DNA from: an uncultured Clostridia bacterium
GTDB taxonomy: Bacteria > Bacillota > Clostridia > Christensenellales > CAG-138
Direction: 5' to 3'
Assembly (NCBI GenBank): GCA_944336475.1
Contig: CALVLD010000005.1
Location: forward strand, 26,905 to 90,904
DNA length: 64,000 bases
The notes under the pieces are model-generated. The model saw nothing but the letters and a program-made list of their open reading frames with translations. It made no database searches and was not told where the DNA came from. Of the stretch, positions 19,905 to 30,639 are shown in pieces. Each line of letters starts with the position of its first letter. Position 1 is the stretch's first letter. A program made the position numbers and the translations under genes.

Positions 19905-21995
19905 TCAGTTGCTGTCGGGAATGAGGCCCTTGCGTGTAAGATCGATCTTGCCGTCGGGCTTTATGTCAATGACACGAACCAGTATCTCGTCACCGATGCT
20001 CACGACATCCTCAACCCTTTCAACTCGCCTGTTGGCGAGCTTGGAGATATGGACGAGGCCCTTCTTGCCGGGCTTAAGCTCCACCTGTGCGCCGATGGGG
20101 AGGATGTTGACTACCTTGCCGAGGACAACATCGCCGACCTCGATATCACGGACAATGTTGTCGATTATGCGCTTTGCTTCCTCTGCAGCCGCATAGTTGG
20201 GACTTGCAATAAACACCCTGCCGTCATCCTCTATATCGATCTTGACGCCGGTCTTGGCGATGATGCCGTTGATGGTCTTGCCGCCGCTGCCAATGACCTC
20301 ACGGATCTTATCGGGATGGATGGTGAAGCGTATAATACGGGGGGCATAGGGCGAAAGCTCCTTGCGAGGCTCAGAGATGGTCTCCATCATCCTGTCGAGT
20401 ATGAACAGCCTGCCCTGCCTTGCCTGCTCAAGTGCACGGGTGAGTATCTGCTCGTCAATGCCCTTAATCTTGATGTCCATTTGTATGGCGGTGATGCCCT
20501 CACGGGTACCTGCAACCTTAAAGTCCATATCGCCCATGAAGTCCTCAAGACCCTGTATATCGGTAAGCACGGCAATGTTGCCTGTGGAATCGTCCTTTAT
20601 AAGACCCATTGCAACACCTGCTACGGGCTTTTTGATGGGAACGCCTGCATCCATGAGTGAAAGCGTGCTCGCACAGATGGAGGCCTGTGAAGTTGAGCCG
20701 TTTGAGGAAACGACCTCGGACACGAGGCGGATGGCATAGGGGAAATCATCCTCGGAGGGAATCATGGGCAGCAGCGCGCGCTCCGCAAGAGCACCGTGGC
20801 CGATCTCACGACGGCCCGGGCTTCCAATGCGCCTTACCTCGCCAACGCTGTACGGCGGCATATTGTAGTGGTGGATGTAGCGCTTGAAATCCTCCTCGCC
20901 GATGCCGTCAAGAGTCTGCCCGTCACCAAGCGTGCCGAGTGTGGTCATTGTCATGACCTGCGTCTGGCCACGGGTGAACACTGCCGAACCATGGGTACGA
21001 GGCAGTATGCCGACCTCGCTCCATATAGGACGGATCTCATCCTGCTTCCTTCCATCGGGACGGATGCCTCTGTTTATTATCTTGTCACGGAGGATCTCCT
21101 TCATGAGGTTGTAGAGGATGGCATCGATATCAGCCATTGCATCGGGATACTCCCCGGCGAAATGTTCCTTGACCTCGGCAGTGACCTGCTGAGTGCGCTG
21201 CTCACGCTCCTTACGATCAAACGTATCAAGCTGCCACTCGACCTTTGCCCTTGCAAATGCGACGACCTTTTCCTTAAGCTCCTCCTCCGGAACGTGAATG
21301 TCGGGAACTATCTTCTCCTTGCCTACGGTAGCCTGTATGTCGCTGATGAAGGCAACGATATCCTTGATGTAACAGTGGGCGAGCAGTATGGCATCGAGCA
21401 TTTCCTTCTCGGAGACCTCGTTTGCACCGGCCTCAACCATCATGACGGCATCCTTGGTGCCGGCGACGGTAAGAGCAAGGCGGCTCCGCTCCCTTTGAGC
21501 GGAATCGGGATTGATTACATACTCCCCGTCAACAAGGCCGACGGCGACAGCGCCTATCGGGCCAGCAAATGGGGCTTCGCTTATGGAGAGGGCGATCGAA
21601 GCGCCTATCATGGCGAGAGTCTCAGGCGGAATGTCCTTCTCAACGGACATGGCTGTTGCAATAACCTGAACATCATTGTAGAACCCCTTTGGGAACAGCG
21701 GACGCAGGGGACGGTCGATAAGGCGGCTTGTCAGCACGGCTTTTTCCGAAGGACGCCCCTCTCTCTTGATGAAACCGCCGGGGATCTTGCCTGCGGCATA
21801 CATCTTTTCTTCAAATTCGCAGGAGAGCGGCAGGAAATCTGCGCCCTCTCGGGGCTGCTTTGCCACAGTTGCGCAGACGAGCAGCGCAGTGCCGCCGCAG
21901 GATATCATGCATGAACCACCCGCCTGTTCGGCATACTTGCCCGTTGTGACGGTTATCGTCCTGCCGGCAAGCTCCATTTCAAACTTTTGTTGCAC
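19905..21995 (-). CDS. pnp: polyribonucleotide nucleotidyltransferase
   Basis: 696 aa with two RNase PH domains, a KH domain ([10 protein letters not shown]) and an S1 domain. Follows rpsO as in most bacteria. Confidence 0.96.
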   Translation of the reverse strand: MQQKFEMELAGRTITVTTGKYAEQAGGSCMISCGGTALLVCATVAKQPREGADFLPLSCEFEEKMYAAGKIPGGFIKREGRPSEKAVLTSRLIDRPLRPLFPKGFYNDVQVIATAMSVEKDIPPETLAMIGASIALSISEAPFAGPIGAVAVGLVDGEYVINPDSAQRERSRLALTVAGTKDAVMMVEAGANEVSEKEMLDAILLAHCYIKDIVAFISDIQATVGKEKIVPDIHVPEEELKEKVVAFARAKVEWQLDTFDRKEREQRTQQVTAEVKEHFAGEYPDAMADIDAILYNLMKEILRDKIINRGIRPDGRKQDEIRPIWSEVGILPRTHGSAVFTRGQTQVMTMTTLGTLGDGQTLDGIGEEDFKRYIHHYNMPPYSVGEVRRIGSPGRREIGHGALAERALLPMIPSEDDFPYAIRLVSEVVSSNGSTSQASICASTLSLMDAGVPIKKPVAGVAMGLIKDDSTGNIAVLTDIQGLEDFMGDMDFKVAGTREGITAIQMDIKIKGIDEQILTRALEQARQGRLFILDRMMETISEPRKELSPYAPRIIRFTIHPDKIREVIGSGGKTINGIIAKTGVKIDIEDDGRVFIASPNYAAAEEAKRIIDNIVRDIEVGDVVLGKVVNILPIGAQVELKPGKKGLVHISKLANRRVERVEDVVSIGDEILVRVIDIKPDGKIDLTRKGLIPDSN

Positions 21996-22071
21996 CTTCT
22001 TATGCTCCTTTATACTTTACTTTTTATTGTTGCCAAATTCATTTGGGAGTATAGCTGACGCCGGTCTAAAG

Positions 22072-22097
22072 AAAAGCGGGTACTCCCGCCCGCTTTT
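22072..22097 (-). terminator. rpsO terminator / pnp leader hairpin
   Basis: On the minus strand, GCGGG-AGTA-CCCGC is followed by TTTTCTTT, just after the rpsO stop. Confidence 0.6.
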
Positions 22098-22113
22098 CCA
22101 AAAGTCAGTTGTT

Positions 22114-22377
22114 TTACTTCCTGATGTTGAGCGCAGCGATTATCGCCCTGTAACGCTCAATGTCGGTTTCCTTGAGGTAGTTGAGAAGGCCGCGCCTCTT
22201 ACCGACCATCTTGAGCAGACCACGGCGGGAGTGATTGTCCTTCTGGTGGGCCTGGAGATGAGCGGTGAGGTGGTTGATGCGCTCTGTCAGAAGAGCGATC
22301 TGAACCTCGGGTGAGCCGGTGTCGCCCTCATGAAGAGCGTACTTGGTGATGATCTCGTGCTTTAATTCCTTGTCCAT
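22114..22377 (-). CDS. rpsO: 30S ribosomal protein S15
   Basis: 87 aa from ATG 22377 ([14 protein letters not shown]...[29 protein letters not shown]). Confidence 0.95.
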   Translation of the reverse strand: MDKELKHEIITKYALHEGDTGSPEVQIALLTERINHLTAHLQAHQKDNHSRRGLLKMVGKRRGLLNYLKETDIERYRAIIAALNIRK

Positions 22378-22518
22378 TTTAACCTCCGTTATATTAAATC
22401 CCTGCATGCTGCGTGATGCGTCGGAGTTCTCGCAAAACGAAGCGAGCAGATCACTTGTGCCCCATACGGAACACAGCAGCTGATTCTATCATGTTCTGAT
22501 GCGGATTGCAACAGTTTT

Positions 22519-23823
22519 TTATAGGTTTGTGGGTATATTTTGAGTTTCAAACAGCTGTTTGGCCGTTTTGACATCCCGATCGATCTGCTCGGTCAGCTCC
22601 TGCTTGGAGCTGAAGCGCATCATGCCTCGCAGCTTCTTGATAAACCTGACGCTCATCCTCCTGCCATAGCAATCGCCGCTGAACCCCATCATGTATGTCT
22701 CCACCGTGGTTCTCTTACCACCCACTGTCGGGTTCGTTCCCACGCTTGTGACGGCACGATAGCTCTTCCCGTCCACCACGGCTATCGTTGCATACACACC
22801 GTCCTCCGGCAGTGCCCGCACATCATAATCCTCGATATTTGCCGTCGGAAAGCCGATCTCCGTACCGATATGCCTGTTTTCACGAACATTGCCCTCCAAC
22901 ATAACGCCATCGTCAATATGCTCATCCGAGCCAAGCCACACGGAGATGCGTACCATGCCGTTCTTGTCCACTACACAGAGCCCCATGAAATCACTATCGG
23001 CATACAAACGCATCGGAATACCCCGTCGCCCGTCATCAACACGGATCGACGCACCGTTTACGAGCAGGCGGCGGTTCCTCTGGGAGAGGCCCGTGAGCCT
23101 AAGCTCCGGCAGATGGGAAACAGCCATGTCCATTGGCGTCACCGCACATTCAAGCCTCCCCTGCTCCTTAAGCTCGGCAAGCTCCGCAATGGAATGAGAG
23201 TCCTCCAGTCTGAATGCACCCGAACGTGTGCGAAGCAAGAGCGCCATATATGCCGGAATGCCCACGGCATCGCCTATATCCTTGCAGAGCGTACGGATGT
23301 ATGTCCCCTTTGAACAGACTATCCGCAGCAGAAATGTGTTCTCGGCAGTTTGCCGCATGAGTTCAAGCTCGAATATAGTGACAGTCCGCTTTTTTGATTC
23401 CACCGGCGAGCTGACATCGCCCCTGCGTGCCAGCTTATACATCTTAACGCCGTTTATATTGAGTGCGGAGTACATGGGCGGCGTCTGCTCAATATTGCCC
23501 ATAAAAAGCGGCAACACCGCCTGCAGACGCTCAGCAGAAACAACGGCATTTGAGCTGCTTATGACGATGCCGGTGGCATCCTCCGTATCCGTTGCAGCCC
23601 CAAAGCGGATCTGCGCTATGTATTCCTTCTGCTTATCTACCAAGTAGTCAAAGAGACGGGTTGCACGCCCAACACATATGGGCAGCACTCCCGCCGCAGC
23701 CGGATCAAGTGTGCCGGTATGCCCGACACGCCTTTCTCCAAATATTCGCCTGACATCGGTCACTGCATCTGACGAGCTCATGCCAGGCGGTTTCAGCACG
23801 CAAACAACGCCTTCGTAACGCAT
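22519..23823 (-). CDS. truB: tRNA pseudouridine(55) synthase TruB fused to a riboflavin kinase domain
   Basis: 434 aa from ATG 23823 (ATGA overlap with the nrnA stop). The TruB part carries HTGTLDPAAAG and KGTYIRTL. The C-terminal ~120 aa (about 22519-22890) carry the RibF-type kinase motif GTEIGFPTANI and a Flavokinase-like tail. No FMN adenylyltransferase domain is present. Confidence 0.85.
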   Translation of the reverse strand: MRYEGVVCVLKPPGMSSSDAVTDVRRIFGERRVGHTGTLDPAAAGVLPICVGRATRLFDYLVDKQKEYIAQIRFGAATDTEDATGIVISSSNAVVSAERLQAVLPLFMGNIEQTPPMYSALNINGVKMYKLARRGDVSSPVESKKRTVTIFELELMRQTAENTFLLRIVCSKGTYIRTLCKDIGDAVGIPAYMALLLRTRSGAFRLEDSHSIAELAELKEQGRLECAVTPMDMAVSHLPELRLTGLSQRNRRLLVNGASIRVDDGRRGIPMRLYADSDFMGLCVVDKNGMVRISVWLGSDEHIDDGVMLEGNVRENRHIGTEIGFPTANIEDYDVRALPEDGVYATIAVVDGKSYRAVTSVGTNPTVGGKRTTVETYMMGFSGDCYGRRMSVRFIKKLRGMMRFSSKQELTEQIDRDVKTAKQLFETQNIPTNL

Positions 23824-24794
23824 CACAGCACCATCTCCGCTTCGACTGCAGAAAGTATCTCCGCAATGGTGGTCGAAAGCGGTCTGTCGGATGTGTATCC
23901 AGCCGCACCTGCATGACCGCCGCCACCGAAGCGTTTTGCTATCTTGCCGACGTCCGCACACTCCTTTGAGCGCATGCTGACCTTGTATGTACCGTCCCTG
24001 CCCTCACGGATAAATATGGCGACCCTTACGCTTTCGACGTCGCGAACCATGTCCACAATGCCCTCGCAGTCCTCGCTCGTTGCGCCGAAGCGCTCCATCT
24101 GGGGAACGGTCAGTGTAGCAATGCCTATGGTACCGTTGTACTCAAGCTGCATGTTTGACATTGCAAACCCCTGCACACGGGTCTTTCTGAACGGCACCGT
24201 CCTGTATATACGGCGGTTGACCTCGGTTATGTTCAACCCGTTTTCGAGCAGCTCGGCTACTATACGTATGCTCTTTGGGGTCGTGATGCTGTATGTGAGG
24301 TTTCCCGTATCGGTGACAATGCCCGTATAGATGCAGACGGCCGCCTCCGGAGTTATCGGCTTGTCCAACTCATGATAGATGTCATAGACTATCTCGGCGG
24401 TTGCAGAGGCAGTGTCACGGATGAGATTCGCATCGGCATATCCCTTATTCGTGAAGTGATGATCGATGCTCATGCTATATCGAGCATTTTTGAATAGGTA
24501 TTCCCCTTTTTTGAAGCGCTGAACGTCCGCACAGTCCATTGCAACGGCACACTCGTAGCCCACAGCATCCTGCGGCAGTTTAACCCTGTCGACCCCAGGG
24601 AGAAACTGATAGATATGGGGAACCCTGTCCTCACAGACAATTTCAACGGTCTTACCCATCCCTTCAAGAAGTATGCACATAGCCGCAGCAGAGCCCAACG
24701 TGTCCCCGTCGGGCGAGACGTGCGAAAACAGGGTAAAGGAATCGTACCCTTCTATGCCTGCGATGATTTCAGCAAGTGCCCTGTCGTCAGTCAT
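23823..24794 (-). CDS. nrnA: DHH-family phosphoesterase (NrnA-like oligoribonuclease/pAp phosphatase)
   Basis: DGD, DHH (SIDHHFTN) and GGGGHAGAAG motifs. The start is taken at MTDDRALAEII; an earlier ATG at 24824 is possible. Confidence 0.85.
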   Translation of the reverse strand: MTDDRALAEIIAGIEGYDSFTLFSHVSPDGDTLGSAAAMCILLEGMGKTVEIVCEDRVPHIYQFLPGVDRVKLPQDAVGYECAVAMDCADVQRFKKGEYLFKNARYSMSIDHHFTNKGYADANLIRDTASATAEIVYDIYHELDKPITPEAAVCIYTGIVTDTGNLTYSITTPKSIRIVAELLENGLNITEVNRRIYRTVPFRKTRVQGFAMSNMQLEYNGTIGIATLTVPQMERFGATSEDCEGIVDMVRDVESVRVAIFIREGRDGTYKVSMRSKECADVGKIAKRFGGGGHAGAAGYTSDRPLSTTIAEILSAVEAEMVL

Positions 24795-25158
24795 TGCCGT
24801 CCCCGGTATCCTTCCGCTCATCATTTAGTCGATCGATTATCTGTGAGATCCGCACCGAATACTCGATGGAATCGTCAAGTATGAACTTGAACTCGGGTAT
24901 CCTACGAAGGTCGATGCGCCTGCCAACCTCGCGAGCGATGAACCCCTCCGCACGGTTGAGCTGTGCAACGGTCTCCGCCCTGCGGTAATCGTCGTCATAG
25001 ACGCTTATCAAGACTTTGCACTGCTTCAGATCGTTGGTAGCCTCCGCACGCATGACGGTGGTGAGCGGAGATATCCTCGGATCCTTCATGTCCCTGATAA
25101 TCTCGCTCAGCGCCTTGCGTATCTCCTCGTTTATCCTGTCGTATCTCACCGAAGCCAT
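24787..25158 (-). CDS. rbfA: ribosome-binding factor A
   Basis: 123 aa, immediately downstream of infB. Confidence 0.92.
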   Translation of the reverse strand: MASVRYDRINEEIRKALSEIIRDMKDPRISPLTTVMRAEATNDLKQCKVLISVYDDDYRRAETVAQLNRAEGFIAREVGRRIDLRRIPEFKFILDDSIEYSVRISQIIDRLNDERKDTGDGND

Positions 25159-27762
25159 TTATCTCTTTACCTCTTCCATTATGAAGGCTTCCATTACGTC
25201 GCCCTCATGTATGTCGTTAAAGTTTTCAAGCCCGATACCGCACTCATAGCCCTGTGCGACCTCCTTGACGTCATCTTTAAAGCGGCGTAGAGAGGCTATC
25301 TTCCCCTCGTGTACGACTATGCCATCACGCACGACACGCACCTGCGCATTCCTCTGGAGCTTGCCGTCGGAGACATATGCGCCGGCAATAACGCCGACAC
25401 CGCTGACCTTGAACGTGTTCCTTACGCTTATGGTTCCAATAATAACTTCCTTGTATACGGGCTTGAACAGACCCTTCATGGCGTTTTCGACATCCTCTAT
25501 GGCCTGATAGATAACACGGTATGTCCTGATATCGACCTTCTCCTGCTCGGCAAGAGCCTTTGCGCCGGAGTCAGGACGCACGTTGAAGCCGATGACTATT
25601 GCATTCGATGCGGATGCAAACATGACGTCAGATGCCGTTATCGCACCGACTGCGCCATGTATGCACTTTACACGAACCTCATCCTGCGAGAGCTTCTCGA
25701 GCGACTGCTTAACGGCCTCCACAGATCCGTCCACGTCTGCCTTGATTACGATATTGAGCACCTTGACATCGCCCTCTGCGATGTGGCTGAACAGATCCTC
25801 CAGGCTGACCTTGGAGAGCCTTTTCTGCTGCTCTGCCTTGATCTTATTACGCCTTTCCTCGGCAACGAGCTTGGAGAGCTTGTCAAGATCGGCAACGTTC
25901 ATCTCATCGCCTGCGGATGGAACCTCATCAAAGCCGAGCACTGCGACCGGTTGAGAGGGGCCCGCCTCCTTGACACGCCTGCCCTTGTCATCTATCATGG
26001 CGCGCACACGGCCGGATGCCACGCCTGCAACGATGGGATCGCCGACATGGAGCGTGCCGTTTTGCACCAGAACGGTTGCAACGGGGCCACGCCCCTTATC
26101 AAGCTGCGCCTCGATTATGGTACCCCTTGCCTTGCGGTTCGGGTTGGCCTTGAGCTCAAGCACATCCGCCTGCAGAAGCACCATTTCAAGCAGTGTGTCG
26201 AGGTTCATGTGCGTCCTTGCGGACACGGGTACACAGATGGTATCGCCACCCCAATCCTCACAGAGCAGACCATGTTCTGTGAGCTGCTGAAGCACCCTGT
26301 CGGGGTTGGCTTCGGGTCTATCCATTTTGTTGATGGCGACTATGATGGGAACTCCTGCCGCCTTGGAGTGATTGATGGCCTCGACCGTCTGGGGCATTAT
26401 GCCGTCATCCGCCGCAACGACAAGTATGACAACATCCGTTACCTGCGCTCCCCTTGCGCGCATCGCAGTGAACGCCTCGTGACCCGGGGTATCGATAAAC
26501 GTTATTGTCCTGCCCTTACATGCGACGGTGTATGCGCCGATGTGCTGCGTTATGCCGCCGGCCTCGCCCTGCGTGATGGAGCTGTTGCGGATAGCGTCGA
26601 GGAGGGATGTCTTACCATGGTCGACATGCCCCATTATAGTGACCACCGGCGGACGCTCCGTAAGGCTCTCCTCAGAGTCTATCTCCTCCGCCGCCTCGGC
26701 GAGGACTTCCTCATATGTTTTGGCGACCTGAAGCTCAAGCTCGATGTCGTAATCGGCGGCGATTAGCTCGCAGGTCTCATAGTCTATCTCGTTGTTGATG
26801 GTTGCGATTATGCCCATCATGAACAGTTTTTTAATTATCTCGGCAGCAGGCTTGCCAATCTTTTCGGAAAGCTCACGCACCGTTACGGTCTCCGATGTGA
26901 GGACGGCCTTATCGATCTTGACCGGCTCCGGTTTGAACTGAACCGCCTGCTGACGCTTTGCCTTCCTGCGATTGCCAAATCCGCCTTCGTCATCCCACGT
27001 CACCGAGGGCGCAGCTTCCTTCATCATCGTCTTTTTATTCTTCTGTTTCTTATCGGCATCAAACGTGCGTACATACTGCCCCTTGTTGGAATAATTCCTT
27101 TCCCGCTGCTGGGAAGCAGGAGATGTCGATGAAGCGGCCGAACGGCTTTGACGTTGACCCTGCTGCTGATTTCTGTCGGCCAGCGGACGGTTGTCTCGCC
27201 TGTCGCCCTGCTGCTGACGTGGGGCATTGCCCTGTTGGCGGCTGTCACGCCTGTCTCCCTGCTGGCGGTTATCCTGCCTGTCGGTGTGCCGAGCGTCGTC
27301 CCTGCGACGATTGTCCTGGCGTTTTTCATCACTGCGCTGCTTTGTGAAGGAGGCCTCAGCCTTGGGACGTTCCTCGCGCCTGGGTTCGGGAGCCGCTTCC
27401 TCGGCTTTTGGACGAGTCGCTTCGGCAGGCCTTGGGGTCTCCCCGGGCTTTACATCGGGAGTCTTTTCCTCTACCGGCCTATGCTCGGGCACATTTGCTT
27501 CCTGCTTGGGCTCGGTCTCGCCGCCGAAGGATGCGCCGCCCTGCTCCTCGGAGCGCAGAAATTTGCGAAGCCTTTCAGCCTTTTCACGCTCTTCACGCTC
27601 ATGCTCCTCTGCTTCTTCCTTTTCTTTGAGCAGACTCTCCTGACGCTTCGCAAGCTGAAGTGAGCTGATCACCTCGCCATGAAGCTTTTTTACTCTTTCA
27701 AGCATTTCTGCGGTTCTGCTGCTGATCCGCTTTGCTTCTTCGCTAAGTTGAGTTCTCGGCAT
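25159..27762 (-). CDS. infB: translation initiation factor IF-2
   Basis: 867 aa with [20 protein letters not shown] and NKMD motifs. The N-terminus is charged and low-complexity, with R/D/Q-rich repeats. Confidence 0.96.
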   Translation of the reverse strand: MPRTQLSEEAKRISSRTAEMLERVKKLHGEVISSLQLAKRQESLLKEKEEAEEHEREEREKAERLRKFLRSEEQGGASFGGETEPKQEANVPEHRPVEEKTPDVKPGETPRPAEATRPKAEEAAPEPRREERPKAEASFTKQRSDEKRQDNRRRDDARHTDRQDNRQQGDRRDSRQQGNAPRQQQGDRRDNRPLADRNQQQGQRQSRSAASSTSPASQQRERNYSNKGQYVRTFDADKKQKNKKTMMKEAAPSVTWDDEGGFGNRRKAKRQQAVQFKPEPVKIDKAVLTSETVTVRELSEKIGKPAAEIIKKLFMMGIIATINNEIDYETCELIAADYDIELELQVAKTYEEVLAEAAEEIDSEESLTERPPVVTIMGHVDHGKTSLLDAIRNSSITQGEAGGITQHIGAYTVACKGRTITFIDTPGHEAFTAMRARGAQVTDVVILVVAADDGIMPQTVEAINHSKAAGVPIIVAINKMDRPEANPDRVLQQLTEHGLLCEDWGGDTICVPVSARTHMNLDTLLEMVLLQADVLELKANPNRKARGTIIEAQLDKGRGPVATVLVQNGTLHVGDPIVAGVASGRVRAMIDDKGRRVKEAGPSQPVAVLGFDEVPSAGDEMNVADLDKLSKLVAEERRNKIKAEQQKRLSKVSLEDLFSHIAEGDVKVLNIVIKADVDGSVEAVKQSLEKLSQDEVRVKCIHGAVGAITASDVMFASASNAIVIGFNVRPDSGAKALAEQEKVDIRTYRVIYQAIEDVENAMKGLFKPVYKEVIIGTISVRNTFKVSGVGVIAGAYVSDGKLQRNAQVRVVRDGIVVHEGKIASLRRFKDDVKEVAQGYECGIGLENFNDIHEGDVMEAFIMEEVKR

Positions 27763-27776
27763 ATTTACCCCCGAAG

Positions 27777-28079
27777 TTACGATTCTATCGTACGGGCACG
27801 CATTATCATATTTGCGAACCCATCATCCATAATACACGCCACCATGTGGGCCTCACGCCCAATGGCGACACCCATATCCCCCACCGTTACCAGTGGGACG
27901 CCTGCATTGCGACACATATCGCCCCAACGCTTTTTTGTCTGATCCGATGCCGCCCCATCCACCACAGCAAGCCTTGCCTTGCCGCTTTTGAGGGCCTTTT
28001 CTGCTGCGGTCTCGCCCGAGCGGACTTTGCCTGCCTTCATAGCAAGACCCAACGCCATCGCCGTCCTGTTGTCAGACAT
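27777..28079 (-). CDS. ylxQ: L7Ae-family RNA-binding protein YlxQ
   Basis: About 100 aa between ylxR and infB, the conserved position. Start chosen at ATG 28079 after GAGGA. Confidence 0.8.
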   Translation of the reverse strand: MSDNRTAMALGLAMKAGKVRSGETAAEKALKSGKARLAVVDGAASDQTKKRWGDMCRNAGVPLVTVGDMGVAIGREAHMVACIMDDGFANMIMRARTIES

Positions 28080-28368
28080 CGGCATCCTCCGCATGCGCAA
28101 GGCCGCCCTCACGCTTGGCGACCTCGGCTGTCAGCCGCTCAAGCACCTCTGCGCTTACTTCGGTATCCAGCGCACGACTCAGTGCCTTTGACCGCACCGC
28201 GCGTTTAAGGCATTCTGCCGAAGGGCACACATATGCACCTCTGCCATTTGCCTTGCCTGTGGCGTCGAGGGCTGCTCCGCTCCCGGTTCTAACCACACGC
28301 ACAAGGCTCCGCTTTTCCTTCATCTCACGGCAACCTACGCACATACGCATCGGGATCTTCTTAGGCAT
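28072..28368 (-). CDS. ylxR: YlxR-family (DUF448) RNA-binding protein
   Basis: 98 aa with N-terminal RMCVGCREMKEKRSLVRVV. Conserved position after nusA. Confidence 0.85.
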   Translation of the reverse strand: MPKKIPMRMCVGCREMKEKRSLVRVVRTGSGAALDATGKANGRGAYVCPSAECLKRAVRSKALSRALDTEVSAEVLERLTAEVAKREGGLAHAEDADV

Positions 28369-28400
28369 AACTCACCCCTCTGATGATGTTTTGGTGCAAA

Positions 28401-29519
28401 TTACTCCTCTATCTCGAACGAGACGCCGGTCTCGTCAGCCTCCTGCTCAAAACGGCTCATCTCCTCATCAGCCTGCACCTTGGACTTGATGTCGATTTTC
28501 CATCCCGTGAGCTTTGCAGCAAGACGGGCGTTCTGCCCCTCCTTGCCTATGGCAAGCGACAGTTGATTATCTGGAACGATGACCTTTGCGGCCTTCTCGC
28601 TTTCATTGATGTATACCATGAGTACCCTGGCTGGGCTCAGCGCCTTTGCGATGAACACTGCGATATCCGGATCCCACTCGATTATATCGATGCGCTCGTT
28701 GTGAAGTTCGCTCACTATGCGCTCGACTCTGATGCCCTTTTGCCCGACGCACGAACCAACTGCATCGATCTGCGGATCGAACGAGACAACGGCGACTTTT
28801 GTCCTCTGCCCTGCTTCACGGGCGATGGCTTTTATCTGGACTATGCCGCTCTGAATCTCAGGAACCTCAAGCTCAAACAGGCGCTTTACCAGCCCGGGGT
28901 GGGTGCGTGATACGACCACCTGCGGCCCCTTATTGTTGCGCTGCACCTTCAGCACATAGACCTTGATACGATCGGACTGATTGTACGTTTCCCCCTGTAT
29001 GACTTCATTGAACGGGATGATGCCATCGGTCTTGCCAAGCTCGACATATACGCCGTTCTTCTCGACACGATTTACTATCGCAGTGAGTATCTCGTTCTCC
29101 TTCTCGGCATATTCATCGTAAATAACGCCCTGCTCCGCCTCACGGATTCGCTGGATTATGACCTGCTTTGCAGTCTGTGCAGCTATGCGGCCGAAATCCT
29201 TTGTGAGCACCTCTGCCTCATCCATAAACACACTTCCAAGGACGTAATCGTCGGTGTGTGTCTTCTTGCGTGCATCCTCAATGGATATCTCTGTATTGGG
29301 GTCTGCAACCGCTTCGACAACCTTTTTGGAAACGTATATGCTGATAGCGCCGCTGTCCCGGTCTATTGTGGCATGCACCGGCACACTGGAATCGATATTG
29401 TAATTGCGCCTGTATGCAGATACGAGTGCGGCCTCAATTGCATCGATCAGGATCTCTCGGTCGATACCGCGTTCCTTTTCGATCTGCTTTATTGCCGCCA
29501 AAAGCTCCTTAGCGTCCAT
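28401..29519 (-). CDS. nusA: transcription termination/antitermination factor NusA
   Basis: 372 aa with N-terminal, S1 and two KH regions. Conserved rimP-nusA order. Confidence 0.96.
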   Translation of the reverse strand: MDAKELLAAIKQIEKERGIDREILIDAIEAALVSAYRRNYNIDSSVPVHATIDRDSGAISIYVSKKVVEAVADPNTEISIEDARKKTHTDDYVLGSVFMDEAEVLTKDFGRIAAQTAKQVIIQRIREAEQGVIYDEYAEKENEILTAIVNRVEKNGVYVELGKTDGIIPFNEVIQGETYNQSDRIKVYVLKVQRNNKGPQVVVSRTHPGLVKRLFELEVPEIQSGIVQIKAIAREAGQRTKVAVVSFDPQIDAVGSCVGQKGIRVERIVSELHNERIDIIEWDPDIAVFIAKALSPARVLMVYINESEKAAKVIVPDNQLSLAIGKEGQNARLAAKLTGWKIDIKSKVQADEEMSRFEQEADETGVSFEIEE

Positions 29520-29570
29520 TTCTTGTTCTCCTTAACAAATTTATTGTTTGATCCGTCTTTACTTCGGCGA

Positions 29571-30035
29571 TTAGAAGTCGATATGCGGACGCAACAGCGC
29601 CGCAGCTTTTTTGGGGAAGGTATAATCCTTGCCGTCAACTCTAACGACAAACTCCTCCCTGTCATGCGAGACAAGCTCGCCCGTAAAGAGCTTGCCCTTA
29701 AGAGCCTTGTCATCCGGTGCGGCGTACAGCTTCACATCGATCATGCGGCCGATATTCCTGTCAAAATCCTTGTCGATCTTAAGCGGACGGTCAAGACCCA
29801 CGGAACTCACAGTCAGGCAATACGCCTGCTCTATCGGATCAGCGGCGTCTATTGCAGGCTCAACGGCACGGCTGACAGCCTCGCAATCGTCAAGCGTTAT
29901 GCCACTATCACTGTCAATAGTTATCAGCAGCTCCCAGTTGCCGTATTCCTTCAAAAACTCGATGTCATACAGCTTGTACCCGAGCTCGTTGACTATCGGT
30001 TCGACTATGGCACCTATCTTTTCGGCAATCTTCAA
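29571..30035 (-). CDS. rimP: ribosome maturation factor RimP
   Basis: Start assigned to TTG 30035, 6 nt after AAGGGAG (..KIAEKIGAIVEPIV..). The longer track ORF (to 30158) would begin at the predicted transcription start. Confidence 0.85.
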   Translation of the reverse strand: MKIAEKIGAIVEPIVNELGYKLYDIEFLKEYGNWELLITIDSDSGITLDDCEAVSRAVEPAIDAADPIEQAYCLTVSSVGLDRPLKIDKDFDRNIGRMIDVKLYAAPDDKALKGKLFTGELVSHDREEFVVRVDGKDYTFPKKAAALLRPHIDF

Positions 30036-30166
30036 AAGATTCTCCCTTTCGTCCTTCAAAACTAAAGAGCGGGTTTTGCCCACTCTCCAAACAGGCGCCT
30101 GAACGAACGCCCAAGAACAAATCAACGGAACACGGACAAATGCCCCACTTCCGAACAACCATACCG

Positions 30167-30195
30167 ACTATAACACATTCTATTCATATTTGCAA
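30167..30195 (-). promoter_or_regulatory. putative sigma-A promoter of the rimP-nusA-infB operon
   Basis: Minus strand reads TTGCAA (30195-30190), 17-nt spacer, TGT-TATAGT extended -10 (hexamer at 30172-30167). Confidence 0.5.
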
Positions 30196-30423
30196 GTTAT
30201 TTTTCTCCAAATTCGATATATTATGTCCGTTTTGTCCCTCCTCTCAGTGAATTTTTATTGGATGCCTCCGGCAGATATGCCTTATTGGAGCCACGAAATG
30301 CTACTTTTGTTATAAATTTGCATATTTGTATCGTTGTATTCCTAACGGCTGACAAAGCATGGATAACTCCAGCAAAGTTTTCAACACCAAAAAGGCTTGT
30401 TTGTGTGCAAAAAGAGTTTGGGT

Positions 30424-30453
30424 TGTGGATAAGTTTGAGGATAATGTGGATAA
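30424..30453. promoter_or_regulatory. cluster of three tandem DnaA boxes
   Basis: TGTGGATAA (30424-30432, perfect), TGAGGATAA (30436-30444, one mismatch) and TGTGGATAA (30445-30453, perfect). All share one orientation (complement of TTATCCACA) and sit in an AT-rich ORF-free spacer. Confidence 0.5.
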
Positions 30454-30639
30454 CTTTTATCATGCAGCCTTTTCCCACATCCTCGCTTTGTACCGCCAAA
30501 CGTAAATTGTTTTCTTTTTTCCTTATGTTGTGATACTAAAACACCTTATCACATGGTATGCATGAATAATCCCCGGCAGAAAATCAAATGCTATGATTCG
30601 AACAGAATTGCGGTATTTCCGCACGGAAAGGAGTCAATT

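Noticed and set aside
22378-22518. rpsO 5-prime leader as an S15 autoregulatory RNA, and the track ORF 22389-22574(-).
   Set aside because: The ORF is implausible because it lies in the leader and has no RBS. I could not trace a convincing conserved S15-binding fold by hand, so no feature is claimed. A covariance-model scan would decide.
27140-27330. Imperfect short direct repeats (for example CGCCTGTCGCCCTGCTG / CGCCTGTCTCCCTGCTG) that could look like a tandem repeat or degenerate array.
   Set aside because: They lie inside infB and simply encode the reiterated QQGDRRD(N/S)R low-complexity N-terminal region of IF-2. There is no spacer/repeat regularity and no cas genes.
30221-30533. Track ORFs 30221-30499(-) and 30258-30533(+) in the rimP upstream spacer.
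   Set aside because: They overlap each other on opposite strands in AT-rich DNA, lack Shine-Dalgarno sequences and have implausible composition. The region is better explained as promoter or regulatory DNA.
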